Shown here piece after piece: positions 51,546 through 64,000 of a stretch of DNA of 64,000 nt. Positions within the stretch are counted from its first letter, which is position 1, and every line of letters starts with the position of its first letter. Origin of the DNA: Microcoleus sp. (GTDB lineage Bacteria; Cyanobacteriota; Cyanobacteriia; Cyanobacteriales; Microcoleaceae); contig CP181291.1 of assembly GCA_052279835.1 (NCBI GenBank), positions 640,001 to 704,000 on the forward strand, written 5' to 3'. The notes under the pieces were generated by a model. That model was given only the letters and a program-made list of their open reading frames with translations. It ran no database searches and was not told the DNA's origin. A program made the position numbers and the translations under genes.

Positions 51546-52187
51546 ATGAATGCCGATGAACTTCTGAAGCGATATGCTGCCGGGGAAAGAAATTTTCATG
51601 AAACAAACTTAAAAGAAGCTGCTTTGGCCGAAGCTTTCCTAAGTCATATTAATTTGGCGTGTTCTAATTTGAAAGAGATTAATTTATCTTTAGCAGACTT
51701 AAGTTGGGCCAACTTAATAGGAGCCAACCTCAAGAACGCTTGCCTACTGATGACTCAATTAAGTTGGGCCAACCTCAGCGGAGCAGATCTAACATTTGCA
51801 AGATTAACAGGGGCTGATTTGGTGGAGGCAAAGCTGCAAAAAGCCAACTTGAGCGACACTAAAATGATCGGTGTCAACTTGACTGGTGCATCCTTGCAAG
51901 GTGCAAATCTCATGGAAGCAAACTTAATAGATTCTTGCTTAGAGCTAGCTGATTTGAGTTCAGCGAATTTAACTGAGGTGAAGTTAAGGGGAGCAAATTT
52001 GCAAAAGGCTAACTTGAGAGGAGCTCTGTTATATGAAGCGAATCTTCATCGTGCCGATTTGAGAGAAGCTGACTTGGAGGGCGCTAATCTTAGTGGGGCT
52101 TTTTTGTGCGGTGCAAATTTGGAAGGAGCCAACTTAAAGGGGGCAATTTTCAGCGGTGCTATACAGTTTTGTGTGCGACAAGTTTAA
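51546..52187 (+). CDS. Pentapeptide repeat protein
   Basis: MNADELLKRYAAGERNF followed by A(N/D)L repeats. Confidence 0.92.
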   Translation: MNADELLKRYAAGERNFHETNLKEAALAEAFLSHINLACSNLKEINLSLADLSWANLIGANLKNACLLMTQLSWANLSGADLTFARLTGADLVEAKLQKANLSDTKMIGVNLTGASLQGANLMEANLIDSCLELADLSSANLTEVKLRGANLQKANLRGALLYEANLHRADLREADLEGANLSGAFLCGANLEGANLKGAIFSGAIQFCVRQV

Positions 52188-52351
52188 TAGGGCCCAAGGA
52201 AGATGGAAGAAGGTGTTTCGACCCTGACACTCAGCGGTTGGGCCAGGGTAGTCGAAGGGTCGAAGGGCGAGGGTGGCTTCAGGAAGAATGAAGAAATCCT
52301 TTCAGATACTAATTTTCGATTAGCTAGGCCCTAGCACCTACAATAATGGGA

Positions 52352-52993
52352 CTACTTGAGTGTATCTTTCAGTACAGTCCTAGCAGCTAAGTGATTGCGA
52401 GTAGAAGTTAAAATTTCGGTTTCGCGTTCCAATCTAGCAGCAGTATCTTGCAATTCTAAAAGAGTTTGCTGTTCCGTGGCTGCGCCGTAAAGGTAGCTAG
52501 CTACCCAATAGGACAACTCTGTGGGCAAGCTGGGAATGTCTTCTGGTAGGTCGATCGGCTGATCCATCAATTTGCTAGAAAGTCGAACTACATCGCGAAG
52601 CAGTTGTTCGACATCTTGACTTAAGGATCTGAGGTCTTTTTGCGGCGGTTCGTCTTCGATCCATTCTACTAGACCGACTAAGTAGGGCTTTTCCCGAACG
52701 GCGTCGAGGACTCGGAAGCGCTGTTGTCCGAGAGTCATAATTTTCATGCGATCGTCGGGGAGTCGCTGACAGTGAATGACTTCGGCGCAGCAGCCGACAG
52801 CGGAGACTTTATTTTGGTTGGGGTCCCACATAAGTACACCGAAACGGCGATCGCTCTCCAGAATCGTATTCATCATGATTCGATAGCGAAACTCGAAGAT
52901 TTGCAGCGGGAGCGGCCTACCGGGAAATAGAACCACTTCCGGCAACGGAAATAGGGGGAGTTCGCGAACTGCTACAGAGGAAGAGGATGCCAT
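52352..52993 (-). CDS. LON peptidase substrate-binding (N-terminal) domain protein
   Basis: ELPLFPLPEVVLFPG...IFEFRYR. Confidence 0.92.
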   Translation of the reverse strand: MASSSSVAVRELPLFPLPEVVLFPGRPLPLQIFEFRYRIMMNTILESDRRFGVLMWDPNQNKVSAVGCCAEVIHCQRLPDDRMKIMTLGQQRFRVLDAVREKPYLVGLVEWIEDEPPQKDLRSLSQDVEQLLRDVVRLSSKLMDQPIDLPEDIPSLPTELSYWVASYLYGAATEQQTLLELQDTAARLERETEILTSTRNHLAARTVLKDTLK

Positions 52994-53129
52994 TGTCGCT
53001 CGAATGTGAGGTTACTTGCGGTTCTTTTTCTTACTTTAACTGATTTGAGGCAATTCCGGGGTAGGACCGGGGGCGATCGCCGGAAAATGCGCGGAGGGCG
53101 ATCGGGGCTGGAAGCTGAGGGCGGGGGTC

Positions 53130-53218
53130 AGAAACCGGGTTTTTGAGGAAAATTCTGGTTTGTTACCGACAAATTAGGTAAAAAACCGGGTTTCTTTGGG
53201 CTGATGTGTAAGTCTTGC
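53130..53218. repeat. Palindromic dispersed repeat / MITE remnant
   Basis: AGAAACCGGGTTTTT...AAAAAACCGGGTTTCT followed by TGTGTAAGTCTTG. Confidence 0.55.
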
Positions 53219-53354
53219 AAAACTTATTTAGGGCTTGCTGAATATATCGATCGCACTTGACGTAGCGAAAGGTTATGCCATGGTGCGATCTGGTGGTGCC
53301 GGGTTTTTTGTGTGTTTTAATGCAGTTGGTTAAAAGTCTCAAGTAAATTTGAGA

Positions 53355-53648
53355 TTAAGCCCAATCTTCTTGGTCGCTTTTTTGCTTCCTGTAAACTTCA
53401 CCTTTAGCGTGAATTTTACGAGTTTGTTCGTAAAGAGTTTCTGGTGTAAGATGCCATTTTTCTAGGACTTTTTCTAAGTCTTTTTGGATATCTCTAGCGC
53501 CGGGAAAGCCACGGTAACGAATTTTTAGTCTGGCTAATTCTGATAAATTGTAGTCGGTTGCTTCTGAGGCTAATAAAGTATCGACTGTAGCGCGATCGCG
53601 TCGATATTGCGGATGCTGTTGATCTTGAGTATTTTCTATGGAATCCAT
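53355..53648 (-). CDS. DUF3288-family protein
   Basis: DQQHPQ...DR...NLSELARLKIRYRGFPGARDIQ...W. Confidence 0.85.
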   Translation of the reverse strand: MDSIENTQDQQHPQYRRDRATVDTLLASEATDYNLSELARLKIRYRGFPGARDIQKDLEKVLEKWHLTPETLYEQTRKIHAKGEVYRKQKSDQEDWA

Positions 53649-53784
53649 ACTAAGTAAGTGGGTACAAATAAACATTACATAGGAGCGGGCGGGTTTAGGA
53701 GATTATTAGTTTTAGGCTATTATGGTTGGTAAAACCCGCCCCTACAATTCACGTTCTTCTATTATTGGTTTTTTGCGTTTAATA

Positions 53785-54138
53785 TCAAATCCTCTCATCA
53801 TCGGAATTATTCATCTCTCTATTCTCGGACTCTGTGTCCTCTGTGTTCTCTGCGGTAAAATAATTCCGATATCTAATTAGAGTTAGAGTTTTACTTTTGA
53901 ATTGCAGATTTGTGGGCAGGTTCTCAAAACGGATGTTGTGTGCTATTTTAAAAGCTTCTTGAGTGGCGATCGCGCCAGCACTCACAATGGAACTTGGTGC
54001 TGATTGTACCCACGCGGTTACTACAGTTGCAGTTTCCTCAACTTTAGTAGTGATTTGGTTAGCTAAGTTTTGGGTTTCGGCAACAGTTTCTTGGAATTTA
54101 GTAGTTAGCACTTCGAGTGGATTCTGGTTTGTTTCCAT
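53785..54138 (-). CDS. Hypothetical protein, possibly truncated
   Basis: AGGAG RBS, coiled-coil-like N-terminus; the C-terminus is read through a CTCTGTG-type repeat. Confidence 0.4.
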   Translation of the reverse strand: METNQNPLEVLTTKFQETVAETQNLANQITTKVEETATVVTAWVQSAPSSIVSAGAIATQEAFKIAHNIRFENLPTNLQFKSKTLTLIRYRNYFTAENTEDTESENREMNNSDDERI

Positions 54139-54260
54139 GTTTCTCCTGGCTGCATCGTTAATGAATAATTATAACCAGAGTCCCGACTTCGTAGAAGAAG
54201 TCGGGACTCTCAAAAAACACCGTTTTACTGAAGGGATTCTAACTCCGAGCGATCGCACAA

Positions 54261-56387
54261 TCAAGGAGAAAGCCGCCACACCTTAATCGTGTCATCAAAA
54301 CTACCACTGACGAGAGTTTGATCTTGAGGATTAAAAGCCAATTCTACCCAAGTAGCATGACCTTTAAGCGTACCAGTCATTTCGCCAGTATTCGTCTGCC
54401 ACAGCTTGATAGTGCCACTCAAGTCGCTGCTGGCCAACTTGTCACCATTGGGGCTAAAAGCTAGAGACTGAATTCGATCGGCATGGCCAATCAAAGTCCG
54501 CAATAAAGAACCCTTGGGCTGTAGAGAATCATGACTTATTTTGATGTTCCAACTAAAATCATGAGACTCAAGGCGATCGGAATTGTCTGTAAAATTGGGT
54601 AACTGAGAATCCCCAGGTAAAGGAGACTCATGATTAGGACTAATGTCCCACAACTTCACAGTCTTGTCCCAACTACCACTGGCGAGAGTTTGACCATCGG
54701 GGCTGATAGCAAGAGACCAAACGGCGTCAGAATGACCAATCAGAGTCTGTTTCAATTCGCCAGTCTGGCAGTTCCAAAGCTTGATAGTACCATCGCTGTT
54801 GCCAGTAGCTAGAGTTTGTCGATCGGGACTGAAAGCCACCGACTGTACCTGATCGGAAAGCCCTTTAAAAGCTTCTAACTCAACAGCGTCGTCTACTTGC
54901 CACAATTTCAAAGTTTTGTCCTTACCGACACTGGCAATTACCGTACCATCGGGACTGAAAGCCACGGAGAACACGCCATCTTTGTGTCCTTCCCAACTCC
55001 GAATCAACTTGCCGGTGTAGAGATTCCACAATTTAATTGTATTATCAGCACCGCCGCTGGCGATCGTCCGGCCATCAGGACTAACAGCCACGGACCACAC
55101 CGGGCCGGAATGTCCGCCTAAAACCTTGATCGCTTTGCCGTGACGCTTGTGCAGGAGGCGAATTGTCCCGTCGTTATTACCACTGACTATGGCACGGCCG
55201 TTGGGGGTGACAGCCACTGCCCAAACGGGGTTTTGGTCAAGAGTCGTCAGAGTTCGCACCGCCACAGGTTCTGGTGATGTCTGAGGCTGGAAATCGGACA
55301 TGGGCGGGGGATTGAACCGAATTTCAGGAATAGTAGCAGGTTCTTGATAAGTGAAAGCCTGGGGCTGGGGAGACTGGAAACGAGAACCCAGAACCAGGGA
55401 TAGCAAGCCGACAACCGCCCCAGCCCAAGCGCCTAAAGTCCACTGTGGCTGGCCCAGAATCAGATCCATCGATGCCGGGCCATGTTTGATGTCTTGGAGA
55501 ATTGCCGAGGCTGTGGGATAGCGTTTCGAGGTTTCGCGCTGCACCATGCGATCGAGAATGCGGCCTAGTCTTGCCGAAACCGGCACTTTCAAATAATGCC
55601 GCCAGGCCCAGCTATCTGCTTTGATATCAAACAAATCAAAGGGTGACATTCCCGTTAGCAAATGAATGCAGGTGATGCCTAAACTATAGATATCGCTGCT
55701 GGGAATAGCTTGACCTTGAATTTGTTCTGGGGCTGCGTATTCAGCAGCACCGGTGGCTGTGGCTGTTTTCAGCGGGCCGCTGTTAGCGGGAATTGCTGAG
55801 CCGAAATCGACTAAAGCTAGACCTCCGAGATTTTCCTTTTCTCCTAAAGCTGGGACTGCTTGAGAGGATTTGCGGTGAATAATATTGGAGGGTTTGATAT
55901 CTCGGTGAATCAGTTGATGGTCGTGAACAAATTGCAGTACGGGCAACAATTCGCTCAGGATATACCAAATGTGAATTTCTTTAAAAACACCTTTTTCTGA
56001 GAGTTGGGTGGTCAAATTGCGACCTTCGATGTATTCTTGTACCAAATACTGGCGGGAGTCGAGTTCAAAAGATGCCAGTAGTTGTGGTATTTGGGGATGT
56101 TTTCCCAACTCATCGAGGGCCCAGTCTGGGGCGCAAAATGTGGGATTTCGTAGTTTTTGACCGTCAGCGACTGTTTCGGCCTCGAAAAATTGTTGAATTA
56201 CGCAACGGGGTTGGGAAGGTTGGTCTTCATCTACTGCTAAAAAGGTGCGGGTTGTGAGACTTTCACCTAGGGTGTGAAAGACTCGGTAGCGCCCTTTTAG
56301 TAGCAAATTCGACCCGCAACTTTTGCATACTGTAGCGCGATCGAGATTTTGGGGGTGAGGACAATGGGAATTGATGCAGTAACTCAT
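54261..56387 (-). CDS. Ser/Thr kinase-like protein with a TM segment and WD40 repeats
   Basis: MSYCINSHC 4-Cys prefix, IHRDIKPSN, DFG, YAAPEQ, TM segment, C-terminal WD40s. Confidence 0.9.
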   Translation of the reverse strand: MSYCINSHCPHPQNLDRATVCKSCGSNLLLKGRYRVFHTLGESLTTRTFLAVDEDQPSQPRCVIQQFFEAETVADGQKLRNPTFCAPDWALDELGKHPQIPQLLASFELDSRQYLVQEYIEGRNLTTQLSEKGVFKEIHIWYILSELLPVLQFVHDHQLIHRDIKPSNIIHRKSSQAVPALGEKENLGGLALVDFGSAIPANSGPLKTATATGAAEYAAPEQIQGQAIPSSDIYSLGITCIHLLTGMSPFDLFDIKADSWAWRHYLKVPVSARLGRILDRMVQRETSKRYPTASAILQDIKHGPASMDLILGQPQWTLGAWAGAVVGLLSLVLGSRFQSPQPQAFTYQEPATIPEIRFNPPPMSDFQPQTSPEPVAVRTLTTLDQNPVWAVAVTPNGRAIVSGNNDGTIRLLHKRHGKAIKVLGGHSGPVWSVAVSPDGRTIASGGADNTIKLWNLYTGKLIRSWEGHKDGVFSVAFSPDGTVIASVGKDKTLKLWQVDDAVELEAFKGLSDQVQSVAFSPDRQTLATGNSDGTIKLWNCQTGELKQTLIGHSDAVWSLAISPDGQTLASGSWDKTVKLWDISPNHESPLPGDSQLPNFTDNSDRLESHDFSWNIKISHDSLQPKGSLLRTLIGHADRIQSLAFSPNGDKLASSDLSGTIKLWQTNTGEMTGTLKGHATWVELAFNPQDQTLVSGSFDDTIKVWRLSP

Positions 56388-56391
56388 TTGT

Positions 56392-56446
56392 CTTTCCGCT
56401 GGAGACCCCCATCAGACTCTGGTTAGTGGGGGAGGAAAGCGGGGCG
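56392..56446. mobile_element. Solo IS200/IS605-like end remnant
   Basis: GGAGACCCCC...GGGGGAGGAAAGCGG hairpin with no transposase nearby. Confidence 0.3.
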
Positions 56447-56835
56447 GTGGGTGCCGCTTCCTGTGGGCAAATTAAATGATTGCAATATTTGTTCTATGAT
56501 AATTGTTTCCCAGATTTTAGCCACTATTAGCAAGGTCGATCGCGCGTAAAATATTATTACTGACCGCAAGCTGCTGGGCTAGAGCCCCCAGATTCCTCCC
56601 TAGGCTCAAATCGTCAATCTCCCATCTCAAATCCCTTGAGTTTCCTGTGAAGGCTGTTTAATATGTCGATCGCGCCCTGGTTGTGAAATTGTTGGGTTTT
56701 AGTAACATTACGTTATAATTTATTTGTGATTTGGCCGCGAAATAGTCGCTTCTTGGCGCTGTGTTCGCTGAAGACTGCTGGATTAACTTGTTGAATATTC
56801 TCGAACCAGTAACTACTAAATTTTAACTATTACTT

Positions 56836-57819
56836 ATGCCGTTGATTCGTATTCCAAAATCCTGGGAAATTCTCGATCGAGAAATTACTCCAGAAAGCGT
56901 CTTTCTCAACCGTCGCCGGTTTATGACCAATTTAATTGGAGTCGGTGTCACTGCTTCACTCCTGCCACTTGCGGGCTGCAAGAGCAATTCTGGATCGAAT
57001 ACAGCTTTGGAACAAACAGCAACTCAAGCATATTCCGGCTTAACCCGCAATCCAGCTTTCGCTAAAGTCGATCGGGCAATTACAGACGAAGCCCTAGCGA
57101 CAAAATACAATAACTTTTATGAATACGGCGGCACAAAATCTATTTGGGAAGCAGCCCAAGCCTTACCCACCGAAAACTGGAAAGTAGAAGTTACAGGTTT
57201 AGTAAAAAATCCTCGAATTTATGACATTGACGAACTCTCCAAAAAATTCCCCATCGAAGAAAGAGTCTATCGATTTCGCTGCGTAGAAGCCTGGGCGATG
57301 GTAGTTCCCTGGGTGGGATTTCCGATGAAATTGCTGATGGCTGATGTCGAACCAACTTCAAAGGCAAAATTTGTTCGCTTCACATCTTTTTACGACTCCA
57401 AAATTACTCCTGGCCCCGGTTTGATGTCGCAATTTTATCCTTGGCCTTATACCGAGGGAATGCGAATCGAAGAAATGGCGAACGATTTGGCATTTTTTGC
57501 CACAGGTTTGTATGGCAGAAAACTACCTAAGCAAAATGGCGCACCACTGCGACAAGTAATTCCTTGGAAGTACGGTTTTAAAGGTGCAAAATCGATTGTT
57601 AAAATTGAATTTGTGGAGAAACAGCCAGCGACTTTTTGGAATACGATCGGTCCTAACGAATACGGTTTCGAGGCAAATGTCAATCCCGATAAACCACACC
57701 CCCGATGGTCACAAGCTAGCGAAAGAGTAGTAGGGCCTGGTAACAGTTGGTCCTGGGAAACTCGCCCAACTTTGCCCTATAATGGCTACGGGGAATATGT
57801 CGCCAGTTTGTACAGTTAA
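56836..57819 (+). CDS. msrP: Methionine sulfoxide reductase catalytic subunit MsrP (molybdoenzyme)
   Basis: Twin-arginine NRRRF, YNNFYE, RFRCVEAW, PWKYGFK. Confidence 0.95.
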   Translation: MPLIRIPKSWEILDREITPESVFLNRRRFMTNLIGVGVTASLLPLAGCKSNSGSNTALEQTATQAYSGLTRNPAFAKVDRAITDEALATKYNNFYEYGGTKSIWEAAQALPTENWKVEVTGLVKNPRIYDIDELSKKFPIEERVYRFRCVEAWAMVVPWVGFPMKLLMADVEPTSKAKFVRFTSFYDSKITPGPGLMSQFYPWPYTEGMRIEEMANDLAFFATGLYGRKLPKQNGAPLRQVIPWKYGFKGAKSIVKIEFVEKQPATFWNTIGPNEYGFEANVNPDKPHPRWSQASERVVGPGNSWSWETRPTLPYNGYGEYVASLYS

Positions 57820-57833
57820 CTGACGGAAAATCC

Positions 57834-57940
57834 CTCGTTCCTAGGCTCTGCCTGGGAACGCAGATCCGGAGGCTCTGCCTCCCTATTCTCGCGAAGCAGA
57901 GCCTCGAATTAAGGCATTCCCAGGCAGAGCTTGGGAACGA
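57834..57940. repeat. Composite REP-like repeat (TCGTTCC family)
   Basis: CTCGTTCCTAGGCTCTGCCTGGGAACG ... CATTCCCAGGCAGAGCTTGGGAACGA. Confidence 0.75.
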
Positions 57941-57975
57941 TAAAAAAATTGATGAAGCTACCAAGGAATTGTTAA

Positions 57976-58638
57976 ATGGTAACAACAACATCAACTCCCG
58001 TCGAGCAGGAAATTACCCCAGAAAACCGAGTTGTTTTAAAAGGTGTCAGTTGGTCAACTTTTAAAGCATTGCTGGCAGATGTTGGGGACGATAGAGCTTG
58101 GAGAATTGCTTACGATAGAGGAGTATTAGAAATTAGAATGCCACTTCTAGAACATGAAGTTCCGAAAGGACTGATAGAAAGTTTGATTGAAGCGACAGCA
58201 GACGAGCTAGAAATCGAAGTGATGAAAGCTTGTTCTCTGACTCTTGAACGGGAAGATTTAACTCGCGCTGTGGAACCTGATAGTTGTTTCTACATTCAAA
58301 ATGAGGCCAGCGTCAGAGGTAAAAGGGATATCAAATTGCCAGAGGATTTGCCACCTGATTTAGTAATAGAATCAGATTACACGAATTCTTCTGTTAATAA
58401 AGATGCCATATATGCTGCTATTGGGGTTCCCGAACTTTGGAGGTATCGGCGGCAATCTCTGCAAGTTTATCAACTTGTGGAGGGGAAATATGAAAAGTGC
58501 GATCGCAGTTTAGCTTTTCCGTTTTTACCTGTTGCCGAAATTCCGGGTTTCATCGAACAAAGCAGAACTATCGGACAGCGTTCGGCTGTGCGTTTGTTTC
58601 GGCAAAGAATTAAAGAGATTTTACTAAGTCAAAGTTAA
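57976..58638 (+). CDS. Uma2-family (PD-(D/E)xK) endonuclease, copy 1
   Basis: VEPDSCFYI, PPDLVIESD, YAAIGVPELW. Confidence 0.92.
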   Translation: MVTTTSTPVEQEITPENRVVLKGVSWSTFKALLADVGDDRAWRIAYDRGVLEIRMPLLEHEVPKGLIESLIEATADELEIEVMKACSLTLEREDLTRAVEPDSCFYIQNEASVRGKRDIKLPEDLPPDLVIESDYTNSSVNKDAIYAAIGVPELWRYRRQSLQVYQLVEGKYEKCDRSLAFPFLPVAEIPGFIEQSRTIGQRSAVRLFRQRIKEILLSQS

Positions 58639-58660
58639 CCTTCAAATCAGACCTACTTTA

Positions 58661-59320
58661 ATGGTAACAACAACATCAACTCCCGTCGAGCAGCAAGTTA
58701 CCCCAGAAAACCGAGTTGTTTTAAAAGGTGTCAGTTGGTCAACTTTTAAAGCATTGCTGGCAGATGTTGGGGACGATAGAGCTTGGAGAATTGCTTACGA
58801 TAGAGGAGTCTTAGAAATCAGGATGCCACTGGAAGAACACGAAGAACCCAAACGACTGATAGAAAGCTTTGTGGAAGCTATTGTAGATGAGCTGGAAATT
58901 GAACTTAGAAGTCTCGGTTCTATGACTATCGAACGAGAAGATTTAACTCGCGCAGTGGAACCAGATTCCTGTTTCTATATTCAAAATGAATATTTAGTTA
59001 GAGGCCGAAATATCAATTTACCAAATGACCCGCCACCTGATTTAGCAATAGAGTCGGATTACACGAATTCTTCTGTTAATAAGGATTCCATATATGCTGC
59101 TCTTGGGGTTCCAGAACTTTGGAGATATCGGCGGCAATCTCTGCAAGTTTATCAACTTGTGGAGGGGAAATATGAAAAGTGCGATCGCAGTTTAGCTTTT
59201 CCGTTTTTACCTGTTGCCGAAATTCCGGGTTTCATCGAACAAAGCAGAACTATCGGACAGCGTTCGGCTGTGCGTTTGTTTCGGCAAAGAATTACAGAAG
59301 TTTTACTAAGTCAAAAATAA
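58661..59320 (+). CDS. Uma2-family endonuclease, copy 2 (tandem paralog)
   Basis: Same motifs; near-identical 5' and 3' DNA to copy 1. Confidence 0.92.
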   Translation: MVTTTSTPVEQQVTPENRVVLKGVSWSTFKALLADVGDDRAWRIAYDRGVLEIRMPLEEHEEPKRLIESFVEAIVDELEIELRSLGSMTIEREDLTRAVEPDSCFYIQNEYLVRGRNINLPNDPPPDLAIESDYTNSSVNKDSIYAALGVPELWRYRRQSLQVYQLVEGKYEKCDRSLAFPFLPVAEIPGFIEQSRTIGQRSAVRLFRQRITEVLLSQK

Positions 59321-59381
59321 CACTTACTCTCTGCTTACATCCTTCTCTGCGTTCTCTGCGCCCTCTGCGGTAAAAAAATCC

Positions 59382-60275
59382 TTATTGTTCGCAAAACTCT
59401 GCAATTCTCTGCCAAACTCGCTCCAACAAATCGGGTTTACTAACATCAAACCATTCAATTTCAGGATAAGCTCTAAACCAAGTCCGCTGACGCTTCGCAA
59501 ATTGCCGCGTGTGCAAAATTGTTAACTTTTTAGCTTCTTCCAGTTTAATATCACCAGCCAAATATTGTTTGATTTCTTGATAACCCAGAGTATTTAGTAA
59601 GGGCAAATCGCAGCCATATTTCTCACACAAATATTCAACTTCCCTAATCCAACCGGATTCTAACATTTGATTAGTACGCTGTTCTATACGTTTGGTCAAA
59701 ATTTCCATGTCGCAATCCAAGCCAATTTGCAAGATAGGATAACTAGGAGGATTTTCTCCCTGCTGTTCGGAAATAGAGCGCCCAGTCACATAAAATACTT
59801 CTAGTGCTCTTAAAGTTCTGACTGGATCGTTGAGGTGAATTTTCTCAGCAGCAGATAGATCGACTTGCTTTAGCATCTGGTAACATTGGGGTTGACCGAG
59901 TTCGATCAGTTGCGATCGCAATTCTGGCATGGGTGCAACTCTGGGAATTTTCAAACCGCGCACGATCGACTTAATATACAAACCAGTCCCTCCCACCAAC
60001 AACAGCGGAACATCGTAAGCCATGATTAACTTTTGAGCTTGCTGCTGGTACTCTGCTAGTGTTAGCGTTTCCCTCGGATCGCAGATGTCAATTAAGTGAT
60101 GCGGTACCGAAGTGCGATCGACCTTTGTGGGTTTGGCAGTCCCGATGTCAAATTCGCGGTACACTTGACGAGAGTCTGCACTCAAAATGGGCGATCGCAA
60201 CCGCGAAGCCACAGCCACAGCCACTCCCGACTTCCCCGTCGCCGTCGCACCACAAATCGTAATTAATTTAGACAT
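59382..60275 (-). CDS. miaA: tRNA dimethylallyltransferase
   Basis: GATATGKS, SADSRQVY, IGTAKP, VGGTGLY, FAKRQRTWF; likely start MSKLITI. Confidence 0.96.
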   Translation of the reverse strand: MSKLITICGATATGKSGVAVAVASRLRSPILSADSRQVYREFDIGTAKPTKVDRTSVPHHLIDICDPRETLTLAEYQQQAQKLIMAYDVPLLLVGGTGLYIKSIVRGLKIPRVAPMPELRSQLIELGQPQCYQMLKQVDLSAAEKIHLNDPVRTLRALEVFYVTGRSISEQQGENPPSYPILQIGLDCDMEILTKRIEQRTNQMLESGWIREVEYLCEKYGCDLPLLNTLGYQEIKQYLAGDIKLEEAKKLTILHTRQFAKRQRTWFRAYPEIEWFDVSKPDLLERVWQRIAEFCEQ

Positions 60276-60552
60276 AGAGCCTCCTTCTGGGTGCAGGCCG
60301 ACTTGTTCAATTGCTGAAACCATTGATTTGATTTAATTTCCCTGATTCCTTGTTCCTGGTTGCTTCTTCCATAGCTTACTTGCTTGCGGGCGATCGCACT
60401 CAACTCTCCTAGCTGACCACAAAAAGTCCGCCCCGCTCCAAGCTATCCATCCCCTCAATAAATTTCCCTTCAGAATGCCCTAGCATCGCCATTAAGGGTT
60501 TTGTGCTATAATTTTAGAAGTTTTTCCATTTTAGAAGCTTTTGGGGCTTTAG

Positions 60553-64000
<3,448 letters not shown>

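Noticed and set aside
57976..59320. DGR template/variable repeat pair
   Set aside because: Differences are not adenine-specific, both copies are full genes, and no reverse transcriptase is present.

Overview
Chromosomal segment of a filamentous cyanobacterium (abundant HIP1 GCGATCGC octamers, heptamer STRR tracts and REP/MITE-like palindromes; the gene style suggests Oscillatoriales such as Microcoleus, which is an inference). Core genes: kaiABC with a divergent hybrid histidine kinase, tRNA-Arg(CCG), an HtrA protease, an InrS/CsoR repressor, a knotless-phytochrome kinase, pyrH-frr, msrB, lptA/lptB/lptF-G, pgl-fraH, pheA, msrP, miaA, and a gyrB running off the right edge with a 551-aa homing intein. 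An accessory block at about 13-28 kb holds an HTH-NB-ARC-WD40 STAND protein divergent from a run of secreted-protein genes (DUF1036-like, ricin-type lectin, serine hydrolase), a membrane patatin with a partner gene, and a hotspot of toxin-antitoxin pairs and defence-gene fragments. Mobile DNA includes a complete IS200/IS605 (tnpA+tnpB), a truncated tnpB, an IscB/omega-RNA remnant inside the lpt cluster and an HTH-only IS630 fragment. The strongest leads are the STAND regulator/secreted-payload module with helically phased repeats, a perfect 50-bp palindrome flanked by two convergent sigma70-like promoters, and the Ser1 intein carrying an HTH domain. All family calls come from reading motifs by eye; no database searches were run.
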